From the NCBI GenBank assembly GCA_025558095.1, contig JAIVFI010000016.1, positions 496,001-560,000 of the forward strand: 64,000 nt of DNA, written 5' to 3'. A program made the translations under genes and the position numbers. The notes below the pieces were generated by a model, which had not been told where the DNA came from, ran no database searches, and worked only from the letters and a program-made list of their open reading frames with translations. Shown piece after piece: positions 10,274 to 22,273 of this stretch; within the stretch, counting starts at the first letter, position 1, and each line of letters begins with the position of its first letter. The stretch is from Hyaloraphidium curvatum SAG 235-1. Taxonomy: Eukaryota; Fungi; Monoblepharomycota.

Positions 10274-13200
10274 CTACGCGGCCATCTTCTTCTCCAGCGC
10301 CTCCATGACGGCGCCCGCCAGCATCGACACCTTCTTGTGCAGCAAGATCAGCGACCGTTGGTCCAAAAGTTCGAGGTCGTTGCGCTGGTTGAGCACCTTC
10401 TCGACCAGGCTTTCGATGCCGTCCGCGCCAACGTAGGCGGCGACGACGGCGTCCACGTGGGGAGGATCGGCGGCGCGGGGCACGGCCGTCCTCGCGGCCT
10501 CCGACTCGGCGGGAGATCGGGGGCGTTCCAGCACCGGCGGTTCCTCGTCGCGAATGCCCCTGAAAGCAGACACCCGCCGGGCCGATGTCGGAGATGTCGG
10601 CATGTCGTCCGGGTTCTCCTCCCGATCGCCCAGTCCGGATGCCGGCGATCGCTCCGCATCCATCTTCCTCCGCTTCGCCTCCGAGGCCGGTGTCGGACCC
10701 GGCAACGGCAGCAGCTCCTGGCTGTGATCCAGGCTGTTGTACAGGTTGGGGATCGAGGCCTTGCGCTTCCGCCTACGCTCCTCCTGGCTGTCCTGATCCT
10801 CGGCCGCGGGACGCTTGACAGGCGATATGATCGGGGGGATCGGGACGAAATCTTGGGTGTCCGCCTGCGCTGGCGGGACCCAAGGTTCCGACACCGGGTG
10901 CGAAGCCACGTCGCTGCCTTTCGCCTCGCCGCCTTTTGCAGCCTTGATCTTTGATGCGAGCGAGACTGCGCAACGAGTCAGGCTGGGCAATGGACGGGGA
11001 TCGGCGAACCCACATCTGCTCTGCTTCTTCGCGCTGCTCAGGAGGCGATCGTCCGCGGTCGAGACGTCATCGTCCGGAATGGCGTCGATGATGAGCGAAA
11101 ACTGCTTCCGCAGCCACATTGGTACGTCGTTGGGGCTCGCTGATTTCAGGATCCTTTCGAGCGTCGGGCCGATCTGGGGCCGAACAGTCTTGGACTTGTT
11201 CACGAGCTGCACCCAAAGGCACGCATCAGGATCGGGCCTGCACGGAGGCATTCGGGGCTCACCTTGATGATTGCTCCCAGCTCCGACAGACGCTCGCGAC
11301 TGTCTGCCACGCCGTTCTTCTCGTACGCTTCCGCGCAGACAGTCACCAACTCCTCCAACTGGGCACGACCAGGAATCAGAAAAACGCAAATGAATGGCAT
11401 GTGAAGGCGGGAACCAACCTTTTCGCTGGTCACCCCGCTTCCCTCGTGGAACATCTTGGTGACCGTGTCCAGCACGCGGAACCTGTTGTCGGCAAGAAGA
11501 TCCGGGAAGGCGGAGAGGGTGGATACGCATAGCGTGGCAGCGGTCATGAGCGGAGGCGTCACATCAGGGCGCTGTGGCGCCTCCAGGGCCTCGTCGAGCA
11601 GAAGGAAGAACTGCCTGCCGATGAGCGAGACCATGCTGAACCGGGGGCATAAACAACCGGTCACCGCGCTTTCGAGCAGTGCCCACCTCCTCTTCCTTGC
11701 GGACACGAGGTTGCCAGAGACGTCCTTGACCATCGTCCGGAGAAGCTCTTGGTAGCAAAGGCACGACCAGTCGAAAAAGCAGGGACCGCTGGGCTCAACT
11801 GCGGCGACCCTTTCCAGCACCTGCTCGAGAGCGTTGCTGGGATTCCGCTGCTTGACGCGGGCCGTGTCCCAAAAGGACGACCAAAGATCAAGCCATGCGC
11901 CGGAGCTGTTCTCGCGGAAGTCGTTTGCATGCCGCAGGGGAAAGAGGAGAGCCGCGAGGACCTCGTGGAAAGTATCCTCTTCCGAAAACACGTCGGAGGT
12001 CTCCCGGATCTGTTGCGCAAACACATGCGCAAGGACGCTCCAGAGGCGCAAACGACGCTTCTCCACCGGACAGTCCTCGATCGCGGCGAGGACTGCAAGG
12101 TGAAAGTCCAGGGAGGCGGTGCCCTTGCCAATGTCCAGAATCTTGGCAAAGAGCTCCAGGATCACGGCCTCTCCGTCCTCGTCGGCCTTCGGCAAGGCAA
12201 CCCATGCGCGCATGACAGAAATCAGCGGCGAAGAGCGCAGCCGGGGAGGATTGGGTACGTGGGAGTCCATGGCGAGCAGGGTTTTCAGCAGCTCCGCCGG
12301 GTTCCGGGAACCTGCGTCCGATTTGGGCTTCATGGCCAGCACCCGCGGCGTCATGTCCGAAAGGAGGATCCCGAAGAGGAAGGACTGCGCTTTCAGGCGC
12401 GAAAGAGGTGTCCGTCTCGGGGTGGACATGTGCTCCGCAACGTAGCTGATGAGTCCGTCCAACGCCCCCTGCACGTCGGGCGACATGCTGAGCTCCAAAC
12501 GGGCCTGCGACGAGACGCACGACAAAAGAGCCTGCCAGTACCGGGCCGCTGTCGGTTTCTGCCGTACATCTCGGGTCAGTGTCCTTGTCTTTCAAGGCTC
12601 GTCCAATGGAGAAACTCACCACAACTTCAGTTGATTCGGCCGCGAGAAGCCCATCCAGAACCTCAGCAAACTGCGCAATGTGAGTGCAGATGAACTTTGG
12701 ATCGAGCGGCACGAGGTCCGAAGCTTCGATTGGCGGCTCAATCAGCAGCCGCCGCGGATCCGGTGCAGCCGCGGCCTTGAACGAGCCTGCTGGTGATTCG
12801 AGGTACCGTTCTAGGACACGCCCGGTCAGATCGAACTCGCTAGGTCAAGCAACCAAAACTCACCCATGACGCAGAACGCGGCATCTTCTACCGTGGGGTC
12901 GTACTTGGACGCAACTCGGAGGACGTCAAAGAGAAGCTTTGGAGCGAACTGTGGGAGCGTCAAATAGAGCGCTATAACAGCGAAGGCGGCTGAACTGACC
13001 TTGGTCACGTTGCTGCCGACGACATACAGAAGCGCAATCCAATCCTTGACGACATTGAGCTTGTTCGCAGTGGGCTCGCGGCGGTTCCGCAGGCACTCCA
13101 GGTACGGAGTCATGATGAGGGTGAGTCGCTTCTCGTGCAAAAGGTGTTCGCCGGCCGTGAACGAGTAGCTGCAGATTGGGCGTCAAATGCGAACACGGTC

Positions 13201-14509
13201 GATTGGCAGAGGTGCACCGACATAAGATAAATCCATGCGGCATAAGCACCGCTCTTGACAGCCTCCTCCTTGGAGTTAAAGTACTTCTCGATGATCTGCA
13301 AAGTGGGTCAGAAGACCTGCGGATCCAGCATTTCGGCGGCCCACCTTGAGGAAAACATTGAGAGTTGCCGTCCTGTGCATCGACGGGCCGCACACCGCCA
13401 CGGTGATTTTCCATGCCCGGAGCGCCCGCTCGTCGCTGAGTTTCTCCAGGTCGGGCACGAATTTGGTCGGTGCGGTCTTGACAAAGTCGTCCAAAAGTGA
13501 TTTCTCAATCGCTCCCGGCTTCTCGTCCACGAGTAGGACCTGGAAAAGGGCCTCTGCTCGCGATTGAACGGTTTCCTCCGGGTGAACGAGGTGCATCAAG
13601 GCAGGGATGACCCACAGCCGGGCCTGGGCAAGGACCGGCTGTCGCGTCTGAGCAAACAGAGTGGTGAGGGCCTGAAAGGGCAAAAGCTCAGCAAGTCGAC
13701 GACGACGCAACAAGAGCAACGCCCACGGTACAAGACTCGGCACAGATGGTGGTGGAGCGAACAGGAATCTCCATGCCGTAGACGATGAGCTCCATGATGG
13801 GAGAAATCGATGCCCTGACTTGCTTCGCGTGAAGTCTCTGCGCGCCGAGAAACCTAGACAGCGGCAGCAAATAAGCAAAACGACTCCAAGAAGGATGCCG
13901 TCATATGCCAACCAGATGCACAAGGTCAGGGTGACCCTGTCCTCGTTTGCCTTGGCCTGGCGACCGCGCAAGACAATCGAGTTGAGGACGTCCTGAAATG
14001 CTTCTATGTCGTTGTTGCCGGAAGAGAACTTAGGCTCACAAGCCGTGCCGGTCAGCGGATGACTTACGGTGAAGCGGTGCCGGAGCCTGGTCGCCGTAGT
14101 GGCAGAAGAATCCGCCGCAGCGGATGGCGCAGTGCGTCCTGAGCGTGCAAGGAGGGAGCCCATCAGGTCCCAGTCACCGCGCAAGAGACCAGTATGCCAA
14201 CACTTTGGACTGTCCGTCTTTCTTGATGTCCCGGGCGATGGTGTCGAGCAGGAGGGGAAAGTCCGGGACCGCGAACAATCCCGGGACGGCCGTATCGTCC
14301 GTGTTTCGCGACACGTTGAGCAGGTTCATGTACTCGTCCACGCGTTGCTGGGATCCTTCGGGCGTTTCCAACAGCGTCCGGAGTTGCGCGGGGAAGGATG
14401 CGGCCGGCGCCGCCGCGGCGGCGCGGAGGGCCTTTGCCGTGGCCGGCGACGACGGGGCCGCGCCATCGCGCTCGGGGCTGCCGGATTCGGGTCCACTGCC
14501 CAACATCAT
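10274..14509 (-). CDS. RIF1: Telomere/replication-timing protein Rif1 homolog, multi-exon
   Basis: Rif1_N-like HEAT segments (QQRVDEYMNL, IIEKYFNSKEEAVKSGAYAAWIYLM, KRLTLIMTPY) followed by a long disordered C-terminus; many short introns. Confidence 0.7.
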
Positions 14510-14639
14510 GACCAGGTGAAAGCGTAGGATCACTTCATGGCCGGGAGCGGGACGCAGGCGCGCTGAATTCGGGCGTCGAGGAGTTTGGTTTTGATTTCCT
14601 CTTTCGACAACCAGTTCGACAACCGCTTTCTATGAGAAA

Positions 14640-15729
14640 TCAAAGCTTGATTCCCGCCCGATTGGTCTTCCATTTCATCAGGTCCACGCCGTTCTGGGGC
14701 GTCGCCCTCAGCGCCTCCCCGGCCAAGCTTTCGTCTTCGATCGCGCGCTCGAAAGCATCCACGACCTTGCCGGCAATTCAGTGTTTGGATGCTTCTCAAT
14801 AAAAGGAGGCTCACCGTGTCGATCGGCACCACAGCCTTCATCATCCAATCGTAGTGGGCCTGGCCGTGCTTGTCCTTCGACCGTGAAAGGGCGTCGAGGA
14901 AAAGCGGCGTTGGTGAGTTGGAGGGACAGACGGTGTTGACGCGGATGTTGTGCTCGCGAGAAAGGTGCTCGAGAGACCGGCCCAGCATGACCACGCCGCT
15001 CTTGGTGAGCGAGTACACCTGTTGCGGTGCGAGGTGCGAGGTGCGAGAGTGAGAGGCGATCCAGATATCCGCCCAACAACCAGCATACCGGACTCCATTG
15101 TTGGGGATAAAGACCAGCGAGGGATGCCTGGTGGTCGGAGGGATCAAGAACAGCAGGGCAGAAGGGCGTTGAGCGAGCGCCGCAGGAACATGCCGTGACC
15201 GACGTTAGCGAGTTGCGACAAGGCAGCGGAGACCAAACTCACGGTGTTGACAATGGCGCCGCCCTTCCCGTGCTTTACCATCTCCGTGAGGGCCAACCGG
15301 GTCCCGTAGAGCACGCCCCAGATATTCACCTCCACCATCTTGCGGTAGGAATCCTCCACGTCCTCGATGTAGTTTATCGGCGACTCGGCAAGTCCGGCGT
15401 TGTTGACGACCACTTGGATCGGCGTCTGGAAGGCCTTCTTCGCAGCCTCAAACATGCCGATGCAGTCCTCGCGCTTGGAGACGTCGGTCTTGACAAAGAT
15501 GGCCACCTTGCCGTGCTTCTCGCACAGCTCCGCGGCGAGCTTCTCCCCCGCAGCCACATTCACGTCCGCAATAACGACATTGGCTCCTTTCCGCGCCAGG
15601 CGCTGGCAGAGGACGAGGCCGAAGCCGGAGGAGCCGCCTTCGTCGGCAAGTCGATCAGCCTCCGCTCCAACACATCCGGCACGACTACTTGCCTGTGACG
15701 ATTGCGGTCTTGCCCTTGACGTCGAACAT
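14640..15729 (-). CDS. SDR, 15-hydroxyprostaglandin-dehydrogenase-like
   Basis: MFDVKGKTAIVT|GGSSGFG, VVVNNAG, VYSLTK, IRVNTVCP; ends ...RAGIKL*. Confidence 0.85.
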
Positions 15730-15910
15730 TCTGCCGCAAGGAGGGTGGGAGACGATTGACGTACGACCCGGCCGGTCTCAGAGCCTCTTTGGTCCAGCGC
15801 ACCCCGCCATTTCCCCCGCGCCGTCGCAGCTCGACGTCGGCGACAGGAGCTGAACAAGAGAAAACTGCAGTGCTGAACACTCCGGTGCCGATTCCGGCAG
15901 CTGCGGGGAG

Positions 15911-16734
15911 ATGAACGTGATCAAGTTGCTTTCCGACGGGGCGAGTCCGACGCGTCGAGGACCGCGCTTTCCCCGGTCTGAACCTCTAATCCAGATTGCC
16001 TCGCCCGATTTTTCGAAGCCCCGCAACATAGGAGCCTGCGCGATCTCGTTCGGCGGTGCGTCGCCAGCCCCAACCCCCAGACGCGCCCCTGACCCCCCCC
16101 CCCCCCCCCAGCCGGCCTGTATGCGACAGTCACCACCTTCACCCGCATCCGCGAGGGCTCCACCCGCCCCATTCCCGACGCCGGCCTCGGCCTCCCATCC
16201 TTCCCCGGCGTCCCCTCCCTCCCCTTCCTCCTCACCCCCTCGACCCTCGCCGCCAACCTCGACGCCTGGGGCCGCCGCGGCCGCGGCGCCCTCGAGGCGT
16301 ACCTGTACCCGGAGCTCATGGCCATCTTTGCCGGCGCCTTCTTCCTGGCGCTGGCGCTGTCGTTCCTCCTGCGCGAGGCGGGCGCGTCGACGAGGGGGAA
16401 CCTGGCGCCGGTGGCGGCGCTGCTGGCCGGGTTCGGGGAAAACATCGGGATGATCGTGCTCATCAACGCGTGGCCGGCCAAGGGGTTCGGGGGGTACCTC
16501 ATGGCCTTCATCTCGGCGGCGCACACGGCAAAGATGCTGGCGGTCATCTCCACGATCGTGCTCTTCGTCATGGCGTTTGTGGGGGGGCTGCCGGGGGTGC
16601 TGAGGGAGATGGGACTGCAGGGTGCCGAGGCCACGCGGCCTACGGCGGCGCTTTCGCAGGGGAAACAGGCGGCGCCGGCTGCGGGCGCTGCCACGCCCGA
16701 AGGGGGTAAGAGGAGGGCCAAGAGAGCGACTTGA
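15911..16734 (+). CDS. Small multi-pass membrane protein of unknown function
   Basis: Exons joined across introns at about 15941-15994 and 16056-16111 give about 4 hydrophobic helices (AIFAGAFFLALAL, VAALLAGFGENIG, MLAVISTIVLFVMAF). Confidence 0.55.
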
Positions 16735-16771
16735 AAAAGCGCAATGTATGTACAGTAAAACGCGAAACCGG

Positions 16772-17695
16772 TCAGCGACCCAGAGCCTTTGCCCTCGCCC
16801 GCTCTAGCATCCATCCGTAGCCCTCCGCAGCGGCCAGCGTCACCATCAGGGTGGAAAGGAACGAAAGCCCCAGCGACTGCGTGACCCTGTCCACTCCTTC
16901 TCCAGCGTCCCGGGGCGGTACGGGAAGCTTCCCTGCCATGGGCAGTGTAAGGGCCACGAAAACCGGGCGGATCAGGGGGATCCCGAGGAGCAGGATCGAC
17001 AGCTTGGTCATCCGGAGGCGGTGCTCGAACGCGCGGCGGGGCTTGGCGACGATGGCCTCGTACGCCTTCCAGGCCTGGTAGAGGACGTAGCCAGCGAGCA
17101 GGAAGCCGAGGGGCATCATCCTTTTTCGGCCCACGCGCGAATTCATCCCGAGCCTGAAGCCCGACAGAGTCGCAGGGACGAGGGCGAGCAGCAACAGACG
17201 ACCAGACCAGATGTGCAGCTTGGGGTAGCGTTCCCGCAGGGCGGAGGAGAGCTGCAGGGGCGCGAGGAGGCCCCATATGATGGTGGTAGCGTTGTGCGTC
17301 AGGAAGACGGGTGTTTCCTTCCCTGCGTCGGGCGGAGAGCCGTCAGCCGTGTGTACAGTACAACACATACGCGGTGAAACGACACCCACAGTACCACTTT
17401 TCAGACTGAATGAGCCGACTCCACGCAGCGGCATCCGCGGACGAGACGGCGCCCCTAGTCTGGGCGCTAAAGAACTTGCCGATTTCGTCGTGCGGGAGCT
17501 GTTTCGGCTTCCCAGCTCGCAGATACGGGGCTAGGTAGTCGTTCCATGCGGGTGCGGTGGTGAACGCTGGGGGCCGGAAAGAGTCAGCGGATCTTCCGCC
17601 AGGGCCGGATGGCGCCCACCGGTGAAGACGAGCAGCGACGCGCCGGGCAGCAGGAAGTCGCCGACCGCAGGCGGCACAACGCGCACGTTGGCCAT
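16772..17695 (-). CDS. DUF2306-like membrane protein (3 exons)
   Basis: THNATTIIWGLLAPLQL...RYPKLHIWSGR...FEHRLRM His pattern; start MANVRV at 17695; two GTGGG...CTGAC...CAG introns. Confidence 0.7.
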
Positions 17696-17885
17696 CGGCG
17701 GACGGTTGCCGCTGCGTTCGGGGGTGGTTGCGTCGACCCGCCAAAACAACGCCGCGGAGAATCGTTCCTCCACAAACACGCGGTGAATCACAAGCTCGCC
17801 GGGCGCAGACGTGGCCTGCAATTTGTGCAGAACGCGTCCCGCGATCGGCTGTCCCCGTGCCGCGGCCGCCTCCCCCCCGCCCGCG
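17696..17885. promoter_or_regulatory. Putative bidirectional promoter between the DUF2306-like genes
   Basis: 190-bp gap between divergent ATGs. Confidence 0.4.
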
Positions 17886-18626
17886 ATGTCGCGGCTGAAC
17901 GCGCTCAGGCTGGACGCGTCGGACACCTACAACCGGGGGGCGAAGCACGTCCTCCTGCCGCTGGTCATCGCATACGTCGTGGTTGCTGCCTCATCCCGCC
18001 ACACCTACGAGGCCGGCAAGCCGGATTCGGGACCACCGCTGCGGTACACCGCCCCCGACGGCCTGCGCCTCGCCCTCTCCGCGCCGTTCCCGGACTCGCT
18101 TTTGCAGCTACATCGCTTCTGCGGGATCGCACTACTCTTACTGGTCTTGGCGCAGAAGCACCTCACAGTGCCCGCCTTGGCCCGGGCTGGCCCCGGCTCT
18201 CGCTCCCTTCACGCCCTGCTGGGCTACCTCGCGATACTCTGCATGGCCGGCATGGCCAGCGCCGGCTTCCTGATGCGGGACAGGCCGGCTTACTCGGACT
18301 TTGGCCTCGCCATGTGGCTCTTCTTCGTCCCCTGGCCCGTGATCGCCCTGGCAGTGCTCGCCGCCGCCCGCGCGGGCAAATGGGAGCTCCACGCGCTCGC
18401 GGGCAACGTCGCCCTGCGCGCGTGCCTGGCGGTGCCCGCCGCCAGGGTCGCGGGGGCGTACTTGCAGGCCCGCGGGGAGGCGGGGGAGGGCTGGCTCGTG
18501 GAGCAGTGGGGGTATTACGTCGGAATCGGCGCGATAACGGCCGTGGTGGGGCTGTGGACGGCGTGGGATGCATGGCGGTGGTGGCAGGACATGGCGAAGC
18601 CGGTGCCGGGACGTAAGGCCGAGTGA
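17886..18626 (+). CDS. DUF2306-like membrane protein
   Basis: LHRFCGIALLLLVLAQ...SLHALLGY...AARAGKWELH His pattern; about 6 TMs; intronless. Confidence 0.65.
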   Translation: MSRLNALRLDASDTYNRGAKHVLLPLVIAYVVVAASSRHTYEAGKPDSGPPLRYTAPDGLRLALSAPFPDSLLQLHRFCGIALLLLVLAQKHLTVPALARAGPGSRSLHALLGYLAILCMAGMASAGFLMRDRPAYSDFGLAMWLFFVPWPVIALAVLAAARAGKWELHALAGNVALRACLAVPAARVAGAYLQARGEAGEGWLVEQWGYYVGIGAITAVVGLWTAWDAWRWWQDMAKPVPGRKAE

Positions 18627-18923
18627 ATCGCGACTTTCTATTGCAGCCTCGGGTTTGCGATCCTGCTGGCGCTGATCTGGAGGCGGTGAGAGCCGGGCCT
18701 CCGGGGCGGTTGGGTGACCGTGACCACGCCAGAGATGGGTTCGTGGCCTACACGCGTCGATTCCTTCGCGAAACAGCGCGTCCGAAGGCCGTTGCCTCGG
18801 CTGCCTCGGCACCCGTGCTCCACTTCGTGCGCTGGACCGGACACCGCGAGTGAAAATGGGCCAAACACTTCATTTTGTCCATGTACACATCTGCACGACG
18901 TCCAAAGGCGCATTTTTCCGCGC

Positions 18924-21821
18924 TCACTTCTGGCGGAAGTTGCAGAACCACAGGGCGAGGTAGGCGACGAGCAGCCAGCCGATGCCGTTGATGAAGGCCA
19001 CCGCCATGTAGAACCTGCAGAGAGCGAAAGCGATCAGATCGAGCGCAACGCGGCGCCGAATGCGACGTACCCGGTCGAGGTGACTTCGTAGTGATCGATG
19101 CCGAAGCCGACGATGGCGGCCGAGGCGTTGCGGATCCACCCTGGAGAAGAAAAGGGGGATCAGCACCAATCATGCGCGAAGGAGAGGCGAGAAACCCACA
19201 TTCGAAGCCGAGCGACGAGGCGACGTACGCCTCACCGTTGATCGAGGTGCACACAAAGGTGGTCGGCAGAGGGTTGGCGACGAGGTAGTTCGCGAAGCCC
19301 ATGAGCGAGGCCGCGGCGGTGGTCTGGTTGAGCGAGGTCTGAAGGGCCGCCTCGTTGCTGACGGGGATGTTGACGGCCGCGCTGAAGGCGGCGCGGGCCG
19401 CAGCAGTCATGGTGTTGAGATTGTCGATGGTGCCAGCGGCGTTGTTGGCGGCAACGGCGCCAGCGCGCGCGACCTCGAGGTTCGTAAGCGCCCGGGCGGT
19501 GCGGTAAAGGGAGTTGACGGTGTCGTTGACGGCTGCGGGGGCATCTTGCCTGACGCGCGGGAAGTGGGTGCGTTAGATCGCCGCAAACCCGAGTGCGGAC
19601 AATCGGTGCTCACCAGATGCCGAAGCTGTTGAGGCCTTGGACAATGGTCGGGTTGGCGGCAGCGGCGGTCGCGGTCAGGTTCTTGGCGGCGCCGCCGAGG
19701 CCGCGGACCGCAATGCCGGTGGTGTCGAAGGGCACGCGCTCGCGGTCCAGGCAGTAGAGCGGCTGGCCGACGCACTCGTCGCGCATCATGGGAACGTAGA
19801 GCATGCGCGGCCAGGCGAACCACTGGAAGAAGGCGCGCACGGCAGGATGGCGGAGGAAGAGGAACTGGTCGGTGATGTAGAAGGCACCCATCATCAGGCA
19901 GACGTAGAAGTGCAGGGTGAAGGTGGCGCTGGGAAGGGCGGCGGATCAGATCAACGCATCGGTTGCTCGGACACAGAAACTCACTTGGCGTAGGGGATCG
20001 AAGCGGCGATGTAGGCGCAGACCATGTTGAGGCCGGTGGTGTGGAAGGCCTCGGGGATGGTGTAGCCGATGTAGCGCCCGGGATAGACCCAGTTCGACAT
20101 GTTGAACATGATGGCACCAACGCAAGCCTGCGATTGGGTCAGGCGGACGTCAAAAGCAGGGAAATGCATGCAACCAACCATGATGGCCGAGACAAAGATC
20201 CATTCGACGAAGAACATGACGAGCACGTGGGCGAGACGGTGGTAGTAGCCGGCGGCCTCCTCGTGGTAGAACATCTTGCGCTTCTCGACCCAGTAGGCGA
20301 TGGCGGACGAACCGAAGCCGGCGGTCATGAGCTTGTACGAGAAACCCTCGGCGGCACGGCCCTCGTAGCCGCCTGCGCGAGATCCGTCAGGGCACGATCG
20401 CCATGCGATCCGATGCGCGCACGAAACCCACCGACGTTGCGGTCAAGGCGCCAGAAAGCGCCGCCGAAGAAGCAGCCGACGATGATGCCGGCGAGGAAGC
20501 GCGAGGTCGACATGATGGGGTTGCGGATGTAGATCATGACCTGGCGCTTGAGGAGCTGCCAGACCTGGATGTAGAACGGGGCGGTCTGGTAGAAGCCGGC
20601 GCGGTCGAGGATCGACGGGGCCGCGTCGGCCTTGGTGACGACGTCGGCGATGGAGCCCTGGCCGGTGTGGATGGCCTCGACCTTCTTGGAGAGGATGGTG
20701 CGCTCGGACGAAGCCTCCCATGTCTCGATCAGGCGGTCGGGCTGCGCGGCAAGGGCGTCGGCGTAGACCTCGGCTGCGGCGGTGCGTGTGAGCAGCCGTT
20801 GATCAGTGATAAGAAGTGATCAACGCACCAGGGTTGCCGGCGACCTGGATGCCGAGGCTCTCGAAGTACAGGATGGCGTCGACGACGCGGCCGAAGTAGC
20901 AGAGCTTGCCCTTGGCGAGCAGCAGCAGGTAGTCGAACTGCGACAGGATGGTGTACGAGGGCTGGTGGATCGTGGCCACGCAGGCGAGCTTGCGGAGGCG
21001 AGTGACCTCGACGACGTTGGCGATGATTTCGCGGCCGGTGTTGGAGTCGAGGCCGGTGGTGGGCTCATCGAGGAAGAGCACCGAGGCGACGGGCAGGAGC
21101 TCGAGGGCGACGTTGCAGCGCTTGCGCTCGCCGGTCGACAGGCCGCGGACGATGGCAGAGCCGATCCTACGGTTCTCGCAGTAGCCGAGGCGCATGACCT
21201 CAAGCACGTCGTTGATCTGCATCGATGCTTAGCTCGGGTCACGTTGCTGATGGGGAGATCACGCACCCTAGCCTCGCGCTGGGCCTGGCTCCAGTCCTTG
21301 GGCAGGCGGAGGGCGGCCGCGAAACGCAGCATCTCCCTCACCGTCAGCTCGGGCGGCAGCAGGTCGTCCGAGGTGACGTAGCCGGCCTCCTTGACGAAGG
21401 TGCGCTGGAGCAGCTGCGCTCCGTTGAGGCGGACGTCCTGGGTCCACTTGCCGGTGGTCTTGCGGAAGGCCAGGATGTCGAGCAGTGTCGACTTGCCGGC
21501 GCCCGAGGGGCCCATGATCGCAAGAGTCTCACCCGGCTGGCGGGGGACGTTAAGCGGGGGACCGAAGTCGGGAACGTCGGCACGCACCTTGCAATACCCG
21601 GAGACCATGTCCAGGAGCACCTTGGGCTTGCGGTCGACCTTCAGCACGCAGCTGATGTCCTTGAACGAGAAGAAGGCCGGGTTCAGCTGGTTGGGGTCCG
21701 TGACGGCCCATGAGGCCAGCCGCGCGATGCGGTCGCCGGCCTTGGGAAGGGCGATGGAGGGCGCCGCGGCGGCGAGTTCCTTCTCGGCGAGCACGGCTTC
21801 GGTAGCGGCGTTGGCGGCCAT
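18924..21821 (-). CDS. ABCG half-transporter A (NBD-TMD), multi-exon
   Basis: Walker A GPSGAGKST, signature LSTGERKR, Walker B LFLDEPTTGLD, H-loop IHQP, ABC2-type TMD; ends LWFCNFRQK*. Confidence 0.92.
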
Positions 21822-22273
21822 CGTGTCGTTGGTGTCTGCAGCCGCCGATGCCCGAAGCAGTCCTTGCGAGACGTCAATGGCGAATGCGCAATGGCAGTCG
21901 AGCCACCGATCCCGTCTGTCTCCCGACGCGGGCCGCCAGGGCGCATTCGGAAATTGATCGGGTCCAGATCAGAACCCCGCAAAGGCCGGAAAGCGGCGGC
22001 GGCTGCACGGGGCGCGTCCAAAGCCCGCGCCAGTTCACCTTGCTAGAACTAAACCAATTTGTCGGGGGCCGCGGGGCAAACGCGTTGGTGGGGAGCCGGC
22101 GATCTGCGGCCGAAAGCGGTTTCCGATCGGCGGCAACTGTCGTTGCGCACCGCGATCGCGGATCCCCAGTGCCCTAGCTACCGAGCTTTGTCTCCCCCCG
22201 ACATTGCTGGGGAAACTGCTCACTTCATTCGGCTAGGCAACCGACGAACCCCGACGCGCAACGTAGCACCGAG
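21822..22273. promoter_or_regulatory. Putative bidirectional promoter shared by the two ABCG genes
   Basis: About 450 bp between divergent ATGs; contains a CCAAT near 22054. Confidence 0.45.

Noticed and set aside
10960-11015. RCGFADP in the Rif1 ORF, resembling the RVxFADP PP1-docking motif
   Set aside because: It lies within a typical GTGGG...CTGAC...GCAG intron, so it is probably not translated.
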